IMG/VR virus record: IMGVR_UViG_3300021399_000102
Coordinates: 64,001-128,000 of that record
DNA: 64,000 nt
Origin: a virus
Taxonomy: Duplodnaviria > Caudoviricetes
Direction: 5' to 3' (one strand)
Under the pieces are notes generated by a model. The model ran no database searches. It was not told the origin of the DNA and saw only the letters and a program-made list of their open reading frames with translations. Position 1 is the first letter of the stretch; every line of letters begins with the position of its first letter. Positions 32,830 to 43,697 of this stretch are shown piece by piece. A program made the position numbers and the translations under genes.

Positions 32830-33441
32830 TTATACATTGAACTGCTTTTTGATGAAGTCATATTCAATTGGAGCGCAATTCCAACGTTCAACGCAAGCGC
32901 ATAGCCGATTTGGGTCTATTGTGTTGAAGTATTTACTGCCGTGTACATGCCCATAGATGTTGATAAGTCCATCTGGAATCACGTCCAATGGCTCGTGCGA
33001 GAACACAAACTTTCCATCCAACAGGAAAGGATGCTTGAATGTCCTGTTGAACCCAAGCTCCTTCCAATCGTAGTGTTGCTCTCTATCGTGGTTTCCCATC
33101 AAGAGCCATATTCGTCCATTTAGCCTTGACACGATGTCCTTGATTCTGTTCTTGTTGCCAAAGGAGAAGTCACCCAGATGGAGAACCAAGTCTCTCTTTG
33201 AGACTTTTTCGTTCCACCTCTGAATCATGGCTTCGTTCATTTCATCCCTGTCCTTGAATGGTCTGTTGGCAGCCTCGTAGATTAAAATCCGACGATGGCA
33301 GAAATGCGTGTCAGATACGATCCACAACTTTGCGTCAGATGGCTTGAGATATTCAGACTTGCCCAAGTTGTTCTCTGCGCAAGGGACGTATATTGAACGC
33401 ATCCCTGTGTTGTTTGGCTCTCTGTTTGTTGCTTCGTCCAT
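32830..33441 (-). CDS. Calcineurin-like metallophosphoesterase (no TAG)
   Basis: SDTHF, LGDFS, GNHD, SHEP, YGHVH. Confidence 0.9.
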   Translation of the reverse strand: MDEATNREPNNTGMRSIYVPCAENNLGKSEYLKPSDAKLWIVSDTHFCHRRILIYEAANRPFKDRDEMNEAMIQRWNEKVSKRDLVLHLGDFSFGNKNRIKDIVSRLNGRIWLLMGNHDREQHYDWKELGFNRTFKHPFLLDGKFVFSHEPLDVIPDGLINIYGHVHGSKYFNTIDPNRLCACVERWNCAPIEYDFIKKQFNV

Positions 33442-35276
33442 TATGGTGTAACCTTCTCAAACGTTGGCTTCTGACCGGCTTGGCAACTCGTAAGCTTGTT
33501 CTTGCCAATGTGTTGGTCGTATATCAATCCATCTTCGTGGCAGCGCAATGGCTGCTTGGCAACCCCAAGTCCTGCGCAAAGTTTGCACACGATGTCATCG
33601 GTGTTCTCGTCTCCATGAACTATGGTCAAGTCAACCTTGTCCATCAATTCAATCATCAACTTGCCCAAGGCTCTCGGGTCTATGTTGTCCATGCCATCCA
33701 CCACAATCTCGAAATATGGCTTGCTTGGCTTGACAACTTCCTCCACTGGCTTCTCTGTTGCAACTGCCACCATGTTCTTGGGTGCTTCAACTATGGTTGG
33801 TGTTGGTGTGGGAGTTGTGTCTTCTTTCCAAACAGAAACGATGTGAAGTTCCTTATTCTTTGGCAAAGGTGGTGCTTGAATGACCTTCTCTGGCTCAACC
33901 TTGATTGCTTCTGCCGTGTTGGGGCAATCAACGCCATAGATGTAGTCGGGGGCGTTTGCGTACTTCTCTTCCAACATCGACTTGGTGTCGTAGGTGTCCT
34001 CTTCTTGCGTGTTGATTACCCTCATTCCATAGTTGTTCACGCCAGGAACAGGGACAACACCCTCCTTGAGCTTCAGCTCTTGCTTGAACACAGAGTAATC
34101 CACCTCGTGATGCCACCTGTGGAACTTCCACACGACCTTCGCCACGTCTGGGTGGAGCCGAGCAATCATTTCTGACTTCTCCTTCGTTCCATTGACGTAT
34201 ATTGAGGTCGTGTTTCCACCTTTAACCTTCATCGTAGTGGACTTTCCAAACAAAGCCCAGTTTGCAAGGACAGTACACCAACCATCCTTGAGTATTCGGA
34301 GCGAAAGGTCAGTGTCCTCGTTGAACCTCGCCCTCCACCTGTAGGGCTTCCCATCCTTGCCAACAATGTCGTTTCTGTTGAGGATGCAGGAGTAGATTCG
34401 TGTGTTCATCGTAAATGGGGCATGGTATGCATCCATCGTCACGAACATCTTGTAGTTCAGTCCAAACTGGCCAATGTTCTCGTATCTGTCCACGAAGTCC
34501 TCGCAAGCAGCAAGCAATGCGCCAGTACGGCACTTCACCTTCACGTTGTGCCAGAACCAATGGAATCCCTCTGTGGCGTTGTCATCCATAATCCAATGCC
34601 ACTTCGCGCCACGCCTTACAGAATCGTCCCAAACGAAGTTTCTCGCTGGACCAGACCCCTTTGGAAACTCTGGACCAACATCGTCGCAAGTGTCGTACCT
34701 GTCCTTGTAGCTCATGTCAAGCTGAAGCAAGGTTGCGTATTGGTTCTCTACGTGTGCCTTGTAGTCGTTGTACTCAGAAGGTTCGCAAACCACGAAATGC
34801 TTGACCTCCATCTGCGTGAGGAAGCGTGAGGTGTAGCATTTCTCTGCCCTTCCCTTGGAGATTACGTAGATTGGATATCTATGCTCTGAACTTCCACCAA
34901 CGACCCTCAATTGGGAATACCAACCTGGAATCAACTTTGGATACCAAACTGAAATCGTCTTCTCAGAAATGTTCTGGTCGAACAGCTTGTTGGCAAGCTC
35001 CAAGTCGCCCTCGTTGAACTTGAAATCAACTTGAGCATATGGGGGTGCAGAATCGTGGGATTCGTACATGGGCATCTGCCACCACTGGTCTTTCCACTTT
35101 GCATCCCTCGCAGAATCGTCCTTCTTGGCTTTCTTCTTTGCAGGTTTCTTCTCAACTTTCGTCTTGGAATTGACATCGTATTCCTTCGTCAAACAGGTAA
35201 TGTCCGTCCCATTGCGCTTGTTGAAATCATCCAATGCCTCTTGGTTGGCGAATCTGCAAATAATCCTCGTATTCAT
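33441..35276 (-). CDS. DNA-modification-type GT-A glycosyltransferase (TET/JBP-associated, GREB1-like)
   Basis: YPIYVISKGRA, ARNFVWD, HWIMDDN, RIYSCIL, WRARFNEDTDLSLRIL, KGGNT. Confidence 0.75.
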   Translation of the reverse strand: MNTRIICRFANQEALDDFNKRNGTDITCLTKEYDVNSKTKVEKKPAKKKAKKDDSARDAKWKDQWWQMPMYESHDSAPPYAQVDFKFNEGDLELANKLFDQNISEKTISVWYPKLIPGWYSQLRVVGGSSEHRYPIYVISKGRAEKCYTSRFLTQMEVKHFVVCEPSEYNDYKAHVENQYATLLQLDMSYKDRYDTCDDVGPEFPKGSGPARNFVWDDSVRRGAKWHWIMDDNATEGFHWFWHNVKVKCRTGALLAACEDFVDRYENIGQFGLNYKMFVTMDAYHAPFTMNTRIYSCILNRNDIVGKDGKPYRWRARFNEDTDLSLRILKDGWCTVLANWALFGKSTTMKVKGGNTTSIYVNGTKEKSEMIARLHPDVAKVVWKFHRWHHEVDYSVFKQELKLKEGVVPVPGVNNYGMRVINTQEEDTYDTKSMLEEKYANAPDYIYGVDCPNTAEAIKVEPEKVIQAPPLPKNKELHIVSVWKEDTTPTPTPTIVEAPKNMVAVATEKPVEEVVKPSKPYFEIVVDGMDNIDPRALGKLMIELMDKVDLTIVHGDENTDDIVCKLCAGLGVAKQPLRCHEDGLIYDQHIGKNKLTSCQAGQKPTFEKVTP

Positions 35277-35301
35277 GTCAGAAATCTCCTTGTTCCATGT
35301 A

Positions 35302-35853
35302 TTATACCACAAACGATGTGACTCCGTTAAGGTTATTTACCGAAAGGCTTGTGAAATCGGAGACCCTCTCTGTGTCAAACGCCACGATATTCACTTTCCC
35401 CTTGAAGTCCTTTACGAAGTTTCTGCAAGTGGTATCTATGCGTTTCGCTTGCTCCAACGTGAGTTTGTTTCCAAACTTCTGATTTCTGGCGAAACTCGTC
35501 TCTGGTGAAATGTGAATCCAGATTATCCCAACATCCACTCCATTCTCCAACAACTTGTTCATCATTGGACGCGAGACGCAACGCATTCCCTCCAGAACTA
35601 TGATCTTGTTCTTTGGCAGAAGGTTCATGACTTGTTGAGCGAAGTTTCCAACTTGCTTCCGTTCTACAGAATCAGTTCCATCGCGCCTCTTCTCGCCGGT
35701 GTCGTATCTTCCAATGAGAATGCAATCGTCAAACTCTGTATAGGACATCAAGTCCCGATTGAGTTCACCAGTTCTGCCACGGACAAATGTGTTTCTGACG
35801 AAAGATGACTTCCCAGAATGTGAGCCTCCTATTATGACAACGACCTTGCTCAT
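35302..35853 (-). CDS. P-loop nucleotide kinase
   Basis: IGGSHSGKS, GRYD..DGTD, VLEGMR; directly upstream of the glycosyltransferase. Confidence 0.7.
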   Translation of the reverse strand: MSKVVVIIGGSHSGKSSFVRNTFVRGRTGELNRDLMSYTEFDDCILIGRYDTGEKRRDGTDSVERKQVGNFAQQVMNLLPKNKIIVLEGMRCVSRPMMNKLLENGVDVGIIWIHISPETSFARNQKFGNKLTLEQAKRIDTTCRNFVKDFKGKVNIVAFDTERVSDFTSLSVNNLNGVTSFVV

Positions 35854-37766
35854 TTAATCTCAATGCCATGTGGGGACAGCACAAATTCTACGATAGACCA
35901 TTCGTCCTCTGGCTCAATCTTCCAACAGAACTTGAGGTGGAATTGGTTCTTCTCAACCACCTCTTGGGTGTTCACAGTGTCGTTGCATATCACATTCCAT
36001 GCAGAAAGGAAGTCTGAATATTCGCTGATGAGGTTGTTCACCACCACATTGACCCTGTCCCATGTCTCAGAGTTGTTGGGTTCGTAGATGGCGCAACCCT
36101 CTATCGCCTGTGCGATTTCTTCATATACCTTTGGCTTTACAGCCGTCCAATTTTCCTTGTTCGTTGTCATTTCGTTATTCTCCATTTCCCTTGAACGTTT
36201 GCAATCCACCCAATGATTCCTGGCACACCTCGTTGAATCTCTTGATGTTGAATGGCTCTTTGAGCAACCTTATTTCTTCTATGGGTGAAGTGTCCTTGTT
36301 CCCCATTTCCTTGTCGTGACCATAGCAATTGTAGCCGCGTTCAACCACATTCTCGACCCTGACTATCCTCAACCAATCAGATGGATGCTTGCCAGATTCC
36401 TTGTCAGAGAACATATAAGCCTGAAGCTTGGACAACTCCATTCCATGAGTCAAATTGGACCAGGTCTGTCCCTTGTTTCTGCTTCTATGCACCTCCCAGT
36501 ACGTCTTTGTCTTGTACATTCCATCCATCATCACTTGAACCTCATTTGACTTCCCTCCGAAGCCTTGTGTGCTGCTTCAAGTTCCCTTACGAATCTATTT
36601 ACCGATTCGACATGATCTTCCCCGATTCAGCTTCCTTTCGCTTCTTCCCACTCCATTCCTCGACATCATGGATATCCAACTTATGCTTTGGCACGACAAG
36701 CACTTCCCCCTGATGCCAGTCAATTCCCATGCAGACGCTATTCACATCCACCACGCAACCATCAGGACATATCCATCCAGAGGGGGAGTTTACGCAGATT
36801 CCAACTTTCGCATCATCGTCCATCAATTCAAGTACATCTTTCAGTTCCTTCACTGTCATTTCATCCTCCTGCCTTCCTTTAGTGCGTCCTTGGCAAGTCC
36901 AACTGCTCTCCAAAAATAATGAACACCAATCTTCTCCTTGGTTGTTCCATGGTTGATGATGTTTGACCGCATTTCTGCGTCAAGCGCAATGATTCCATTC
37001 AAAGCTTTCTTATAGATATCGTTCATTTCTTCAACTCCCCTTTCTCGTCATATTCCTCAAACTTCTCCAATACGTCCATTGGAAACCAAATCTTCGTGTA
37101 TCCTGTTGGATATATCACGCCAACCAACGTGGAGAATCCATTTTCGCTCACCCTGTTCACTGTCTCAATTTCAAGCAAGCAACTCTGATTTCCATCAATG
37201 ACCTTTCTGTCCCAAATGATTCCACGCTTTCCTCGGCAATATGGATCAGGATGCTTGAACGAGACACGGGCATAGGTCTTGCCAGCACGAAACTCCCTGT
37301 TGAGCTTCTCTGCTTCCTCTGGAGTCAGTTGCATAGGAATGTAGTTGCAGTAGACAATGCCAGAGTTCCCCGGCCTTGACGTGCCAAATGTCCTTGTACC
37401 CAATAATCCTACGTCATCTTTCACAAGGAGTTGTCCGTTGTCCATCTTAAGCTTCATCCTTAGATTTCCCTTCCACAGCTTCCTTGATGACATTCTTGAT
37501 AAGCATGAACCCCTCCCCAGGGGAAACGTCCTCTGGTGGAGCATCCCCGCACTTCATCGCTTCAAGCCATTTCTCGTGACACCATTTTGCCAGGTCGTCC
37601 AGCATTTTGTACACTTCGTCTATGTCCTTGGGGGCAATGCTCCAACCCATACGCCAAATGTCTTGCGCAGCCTTTTCCATCAGGGCTTCACAATCCTTGT
37701 TGAACAAGTCTCGCTTGTCCGACCTTGCGTCGTCCCATATCCTTTGCTTTGGCGTTTCAAAGTCAG

Positions 37767-38426
37767 TCATTGGTTGTCTCCTTTGCTTTCAATTATACTA
37801 CGTCTGGTCTTGCGATACACGATTATCCATCCAATGTCGTCGAAGATGCATCCAACGCCCCACATCAGAATTGCGGTCTTGAGCGTTGGCATGGCAAGCA
37901 TCGCAAGGGCGAAACCAACCATGGCGACAGCGTTCCTGGCAATCGACGCTGTGTTGTCGTACATTTCCCTCTCCCTGCCATTCCAAAGCTTGGATTGGAA
38001 CATCATGATGCACTTGCCAATGAAGGTGGTGATTATGGAAGAGTAGAACAAAGTCAAGATTGCGAATATCCACACGTTGTAGTTCACGAACACGAGATAG
38101 CAAGCCAGAAGGAAACTCCCAATGGATTCTGCCAATGCAAACCAGGTGAAGAACCTCATTGCGAATTCCCTGGTTCTGTTCTTCCATATCGCGCCAATGA
38201 CCAAGGCAGACATGCAGAACCACGCACCCTCGAACGAAATGTACTCTGCTGGGAGCTTGGATATGATTTCCTTGACTATTGGAGGATTGGAGTAGGTGTA
38301 AATCAAGCCAGATATGGCAGACGAAAACAGGAGAAACCCTTGGTTCTCCTGAACTTGGATGTTGAACACCCGCTTGAAGAATTGCCAGAATCTCGTCATT
38401 TGGTGAAGGTCTTGAGTGGAAACCAA
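37767..38426 (-). CDS. Multi-pass membrane protein
   Basis: About six hydrophobic helices. Confidence 0.6.
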   Translation of the reverse strand: MVSTQDLHQMTRFWQFFKRVFNIQVQENQGFLLFSSAISGLIYTYSNPPIVKEIISKLPAEYISFEGAWFCMSALVIGAIWKNRTREFAMRFFTWFALAESIGSFLLACYLVFVNYNVWIFAILTLFYSSIITTFIGKCIMMFQSKLWNGREREMYDNTASIARNAVAMVGFALAMLAMPTLKTAILMWGVGCIFDDIGWIIVYRKTRRSIIESKGDNQ

Positions 38427-39594
38427 TTGCTGCCATCAAATCCCTTCTTGTTGTATCCATCTTTCACTGCCCAACCATACATTATCAAGTTGCAGTTTGA
38501 TTTGTCTTCAAGGTTGTCGAAGATGGCTTTCGCCTCCGCATAGTCCTTGAACTTTGACGCCTGCGCCTTGTCGTCAACCCAGGATTCGTTCTCCCAGCAC
38601 TGGCACTCGTCCTCTGTCCCAATGCAATCAACCTCGTTGAAGAACTCACTGAAGAACGTCACTTTGCCATTGTGGGGATCTTGGCGAACGATGAGGTATC
38701 TTCTGTCGATTTGCATTCCAACTACACATTTGTCAATCTTCTTTTCCATAGTCAGCATTCTCCCATGTTCTCCATTGTCCTTGTTGCCATTGTTGCCTTG
38801 CTCAAGGTCTCTGTGGATTCCTCGTACCACTGATCTATTGCTGGTTCCTCCACCTGGATGTTCTGAAGAATCTGATGGAAACGCCAATCTGGAAACCTTT
38901 CAACTGCTTTCCTCACCAATTCAACAATGGCACGGTTCGCTGCTTGTCTTGTCATCATTGCTCTATTTCCTCCCATTTTCCATTGACCTTCTTTCCACGC
39001 CAATAGATGATTTCACTCTCAGAGGATGGCAATTTGCTCCATTCTTGGTATCTCTTGTACGTGGAAGTCTTGCGATAGTCTCCATAGGCGTTCCAGAACT
39101 TTACGTTGAGATTTCCCCAGAACCCGATTGGAAACCGGCTTTTCGTCTTGCACAGAACCTCAACCCCATTGTTGGTGACGATATGCGCCCCATAGGAAGT
39201 CGTGTACATCCCATCATAGGGAACGGGATTGAACGATTCAGCAAGATCGTTCATCAAAATGCATCCCGAGAAGAATGAACATGCGATTAGGGCAATCACC
39301 ATGAACTTCAAGTCTTTCATAGAGCCTCCTTTCAATTTGCAAGCCGTTCCTTTACGCCATCCCAATAGCCCTTGTGGAAGCTCAAGTATTCCTTTGAGCA
39401 ACCATCCTTGATTGCGATTACACGTTCAACCGCGAGGCCGTGAACAGCGTCCTGGAGGTTGTTGAGAGCATAGCACATTGGCTTGGGAAGGTGGTGGTAG
39501 TCTCCCGCAACGATGGAATGGGTGAGGTTGAATGCCCATTCAATGACCTTCTTCTCGTTCTCAGTCAATCGTTCAACCTTTGGCAATTCAGATT

Positions 39595-40107
39595 TCATTT
39601 TGTTTCTCCCTTGTTGTTCAACACATCTATTATACGCCTCATATCCTCAATCGTAAAGCCGTATCTCCTGTCGGTTTTCACAATCTTGTCTTTGTCAATA
39701 TATGGCTCTATGTCCACAATCTCGTCATCCACAACGCAATATGCGTCCACTTCTGGATGCTCGGCAAGCCATTGTTTGATCTCCATGCCCCTTCTGCCCT
39801 TTTTGTCGTAGCCAGTCTCGCCGGCAAATACTTCCTCCCTTGGACAGCGAAGTTTCTCTGAGAGAATGTCCCTCCAATTCCTGTCGGGTTGATATGGAGC
39901 GTAGTTTGTGTGGTGTCTCCAAGAGGATGATACCACAATCTTGCAATTGGTGTTGGCTATGATGAACCGAAGTCTGGCAACAAGTTCTGGGTTGAAGCCA
40001 TAACGCCACTCGTCAAGGTCAATCCATTCGTGACTGTCAGATGGTGTTGGGTACATGCAATTCAGAACCCCATCTATGTCCAGGAATAGAACCTTCATGT
40101 CCATCAT
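39595..40107 (-). CDS. HAD-domain protein (Swiss-army-knife RNA repair type)
   Basis: KVLFLDIDGVLN, IVVSSSWR, RGMEI..WL, YCVVDD. Confidence 0.85.
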   Translation of the reverse strand: MMDMKVLFLDIDGVLNCMYPTPSDSHEWIDLDEWRYGFNPELVARLRFIIANTNCKIVVSSSWRHHTNYAPYQPDRNWRDILSEKLRCPREEVFAGETGYDKKGRRGMEIKQWLAEHPEVDAYCVVDDEIVDIEPYIDKDKIVKTDRRYGFTIEDMRRIIDVLNNKGETK

Positions 40108-41533
40108 GCCACTTTCCTGTACACAGGCTTGTGTCCAGGCTTGAGCGAGACCATCTTGCTCTTGCCGAGATGGCGTTTGGGGATGTGCGACTCTCCCTTC
40201 TGAGTGGTGTAGAGCAGTTCGGTTCTGATGCCAAGTTCGCAGCAAATGTCGTTGATTGCCGTCTTTTCCTTTATCTTCCCATGCACCACGGTGATGTAGT
40301 TCTTCTTCTTCAGCTCCACAAGCATCTTGCGCATTTCCTTCATGTCGATGTTCGTGAGGGAGTCTATCACAATCTCTGTGTGGGGTTTCGTGGCGAAGTC
40401 CTCACCCATATACTCGTAGGAATACCGCTCGGAGTTCACGATGTACATGTTCTGATTCCGTCCATTGATCTTTCCATTGGATACATCGCCCTTCTTGCCA
40501 TTCCTCGGTCCTTCCTTCCAAAGGATGGAGTTCGCAAAATGGTGGGCAAGGGATTCGTGGGCGGTTCTGATGAACACCTTGTATCCCTTGTTCACATACA
40601 TCTTGCACAAAGCCTCCATGAACTTCGTGCCAAGTCCAAGCCCCTGGAAGTCAGGAAGTATGACCAGACGGTGAATTGCCTTGCCGAAGTTCAACGAGCC
40701 GTTGGGATATGGTCGGACCGCGCAGAATCCAACATATGCGTCATTCCACTTTAGAACCCAACATTCTGCGGCGATGAGAAGGTCGTGGCTCAGATAGTGA
40801 TGCGGAGCAAATATTTTCCAGACCTCTCGCTTCCGCTCCGGCTCGTCAATTCGCTCGAAGGAGAGGTCGATGCTTTTCCCAGGCAGAACCCCCGAAGGTC
40901 ATATATCTTTTCGGTGTTCAAGTCGATGAGGATGTCTGGCTTGAGCATTGGAATGATGTCGTAGTGGCAACCACAAAAGACCACATTCTTGAGCCCGTTC
41001 TTTCGGATGTACTTCTGAATGCTGTTGCTTGCGCTCATCGCACATTCCCTGTTGACCACGCTCGTGTATTCGTCAATCATGACCTTGGACTCAAGGTTTA
41101 GCGCAAGATCAGCTCGGAATCCCTCGCCTGTGGAGAGGACATTCCTTGGGCGGCACCACTTGGGGATTGAACTCAACCCAACAGCATTGAGTGTCGCCTT
41201 GCCCTTCTTGGGGTTCTCAGGGAAGTTGGAAATGATGGCCTTGGAATTGTCGTAGACCTTCTTGGGGAAGTGCCATCCTGCCTTCTCAAATGCCTTGAGG
41301 AATGTGGACTTTCCAGCTCCAGAAGGGCCGACAATCTGAATGATGTTCACATCCAGATTCAGAATCTCCTGTGGAATGACAAAGGGATATACCTTCGATT
41401 CCCCAGTGAACTCGTAGTCAAACGCCTTTTTGACAAGGTTGATTCCCTCGTCAATCGGCACTTTGCTCACCAATGGCACGTCACTTCGCTTCAATTTGCA
41501 AAGTACGGGCGCGTTCTCCCAACTTTCGCTCAT
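40104..41533 (-). CDS. ABC-type ATPase / GNAT acetyltransferase fusion via probable -1 frameshift at 40874-40880
   Basis: Frame 0: GPSGAGKST, LSTGE, IDEYTSVV, CHYD. Frame -1: WKIFAPHHYL..RLVILPDFQGLGLG. G_GGA_AAA slippery site followed by a hairpin. Confidence 0.8.
40821..40880 (-). promoter_or_regulatory. -1 ribosomal frameshift signal (slippery heptamer plus 3' stem-loop)
   Basis: GGGAAAA, 5-nt spacer, GACCTCTC-CTTC...GAAG-c-GAGAGGTC. Confidence 0.7.
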
Positions 41534-42137
41534 TTCTTGTGTTTCTCCTTGTTTGTTGGCAAATCACCATCCATAGAAGCCATCGGGTGCTTCTTCAGTC
41601 CCAATGGTCAATGTCTCGTTCTTGAACATTCCGGTCTTCTTCCAGAAGTCGAGACGTGCCTTCGCGTCACGCTTTCGGGGATACCCCTCTCCTGCCCACG
41701 CAGAATGTGCGAACTCCCCATTAGGGTCGCTCGTCTCAATCACATACATGATGCTCTTCTTCGCCATTTTGCTTCCATTCGTCATACGATTTCCACGAAC
41801 TTCTCAAGAATGTTCTCGTAGGTCTTCTTCGTCACCCAAAAGCCCTCGAAATCCACTCCATTGATTCCTCGCCCCTTGGCAATGGTAGTCTGAACGTGAT
41901 ACATCTCTGTCGGCGTCCCTGCCTTGTCATAGGACGAAGAGTTGTACTTGAACACCTGGTCTGTAATCGGCTTGTCTGACATGGAAACGATGGTTGTCGG
42001 GTCAATCAAGATGGATGATGGAACATCACCCTCGTTGAGCTTGAACCTATATTCACTGCCATCCCAAACCTGACGGTAGAACTCAATTCGTGTCAATTTC
42101 TTAATCATTGCTTCTCCTTGTCTTTCAACAACATCTA

Positions 42138-42182
42138 TATTATCTCATATCTGCGTCTGAAAGTCAAGGGGGTTTCTAAAGA
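42138..42182 (-). promoter_or_regulatory. Early promoter with conserved upstream element, copy 3
   Basis: TCTTTAGAAACCCCCTTGACT-N17-GATAAT; core 27/30 identical to 45058-45087. Confidence 0.7.
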
Positions 42183-42222
42183 AACAACCTTGTTGTATCA
42201 AGGGGGTTTGGAAGAAAATCTG

Positions 42223-42450
42223 TCACTGTCCCAAACGCGCCATACGCGCTTTTGCCAAACGTTCAGCAGCAGCCTTGCGCTGCTCGTCTGTCATGTTGCG
42301 CGAACGGTTGGGGTTCTTGCCCAGACGATACTGCCAAAGAGGGCAGTCCTTCGCAGGGCATTCCTTGACCTCTCCACGGTCTCCACAACAACAATCCAGA
42401 CATTTTGCCTTGATTGCCTTGATTGGCGTGATGTTCAGTTCTTCGCTCAT
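42223..42450 (-). CDS. Small Cys-rich (Zn-binding) phage protein
   Basis: AIKAKCLDCC..EVKECP..CPLW.YR.G. Confidence 0.65.
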   Translation of the reverse strand: MSEELNITPIKAIKAKCLDCCCGDRGEVKECPAKDCPLWQYRLGKNPNRSRNMTDEQRKAAAERLAKARMARLGQ

Positions 42451-42820
42451 TTCTATTGCCTTTCTTGTTGTATTATACCACTTTTAGGTCGTTATCGTAA
42501 ATCACATCGTCCCTTCAACATTTCGTCAAGCTGATTCCAGACTTCCCATTCATACTTCCCAGATTTGACTTGGATTGACAAGAGTTTGTTCAGATTGTGC
42601 AATTTGTTTATGTGGAGAATCCCATATGTCCACAAACCACCTTGATTCTGAACCCGGATGATGGGGTTGTCTTTCCTCTCGGTATCCTCCACGCAGAACT
42701 CAGAATCCTCAAACACGAACTTGAAGGTGCGTTTGAAGGATGCTTCGCCGCTATATGCCTTGACTATCCCATAGAGATATGGGATATGTCCGACGTTCCC
42801 CAATAATACAAGTTCCTCCA

Positions 42821-43693
42821 TTATACGTTTCCCCTACAAGTTTCATCCAAGGAATTCCACACCACATCTGGAGTTTCATCCTCTATATCAACATGATTGG
42901 GGTCGAATATCATCAAGAGGTCGTCCAAGTAGAACACTTCCTTCTTCACCGTCTTGATTTTCACGTCCTTGTAGATTGACTTCACATATTGGGTCTTCAC
43001 GCCCGTTATGAACCGAGGAGGCAGACTCTCCCATTTTTCGTAACCTATGGGTGGAATGCTATATCTCAGCTTTTCTACTTGCATTGAGTGGAAGTTGTCA
43101 TCAAGATCCAGGGGAATTTGACCCATTGGCAATACATCAATCCATCTGTTCAAGCAACTCCTCAATTTGTTTGACTTGGAATTGACGAACCAATATAGTT
43201 TGCAATAGTCGTCCATTGTTCCAAAGTGTAGATTGAGCTTTGACATGTCCTTGGCTTCCACAGCTTTTTCCATGCCATCGCAATAGAAATTCAGCTTCTG
43301 ACCCAGTGTGTCGTCTGGTGCATCGTTGTATAGGGTTCCCGGCCATTCCCAATCTCTTGTGTATGGATTTTTCAACTTTTTGACGTACAACGACACAAGT
43401 TCCCTGCCAATCGTCTGCTCAACTTGACGAAATCCCACAATGCCATATCTCCAAGAGCCATCTTTCCTATATATCTTCGCCAACTTGCTGTATGAACCCT
43501 GTTCGATGTTAGGGTCTCCAACCACGAAGGAGCGGTTGTAGGTGCGTTCAACCAACGTCCCATTCACGTCAAACACAAACTTGTACTTCTTGTTCTCAGA
43601 AGTATGATAAAGGATGCTTTTGACAAGCTTGGACTCCATCTGCTCCTGAATGGAAAGCCGAGTGATGTACTTTATGTCGCTTTGGCTTCCCAT
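42821..43693 (-). CDS. Hypothetical protein, tandem paralog B
   Basis: Shares DGSW.YG, YVKSIY and C-terminal VWNSLDETC.GNV with 43698-44639. Confidence 0.65.
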   Translation of the reverse strand: MGSQSDIKYITRLSIQEQMESKLVKSILYHTSENKKYKFVFDVNGTLVERTYNRSFVVGDPNIEQGSYSKLAKIYRKDGSWRYGIVGFRQVEQTIGRELVSLYVKKLKNPYTRDWEWPGTLYNDAPDDTLGQKLNFYCDGMEKAVEAKDMSKLNLHFGTMDDYCKLYWFVNSKSNKLRSCLNRWIDVLPMGQIPLDLDDNFHSMQVEKLRYSIPPIGYEKWESLPPRFITGVKTQYVKSIYKDVKIKTVKKEVFYLDDLLMIFDPNHVDIEDETPDVVWNSLDETCRGNV

Positions 43694-43697
43694 CGTA

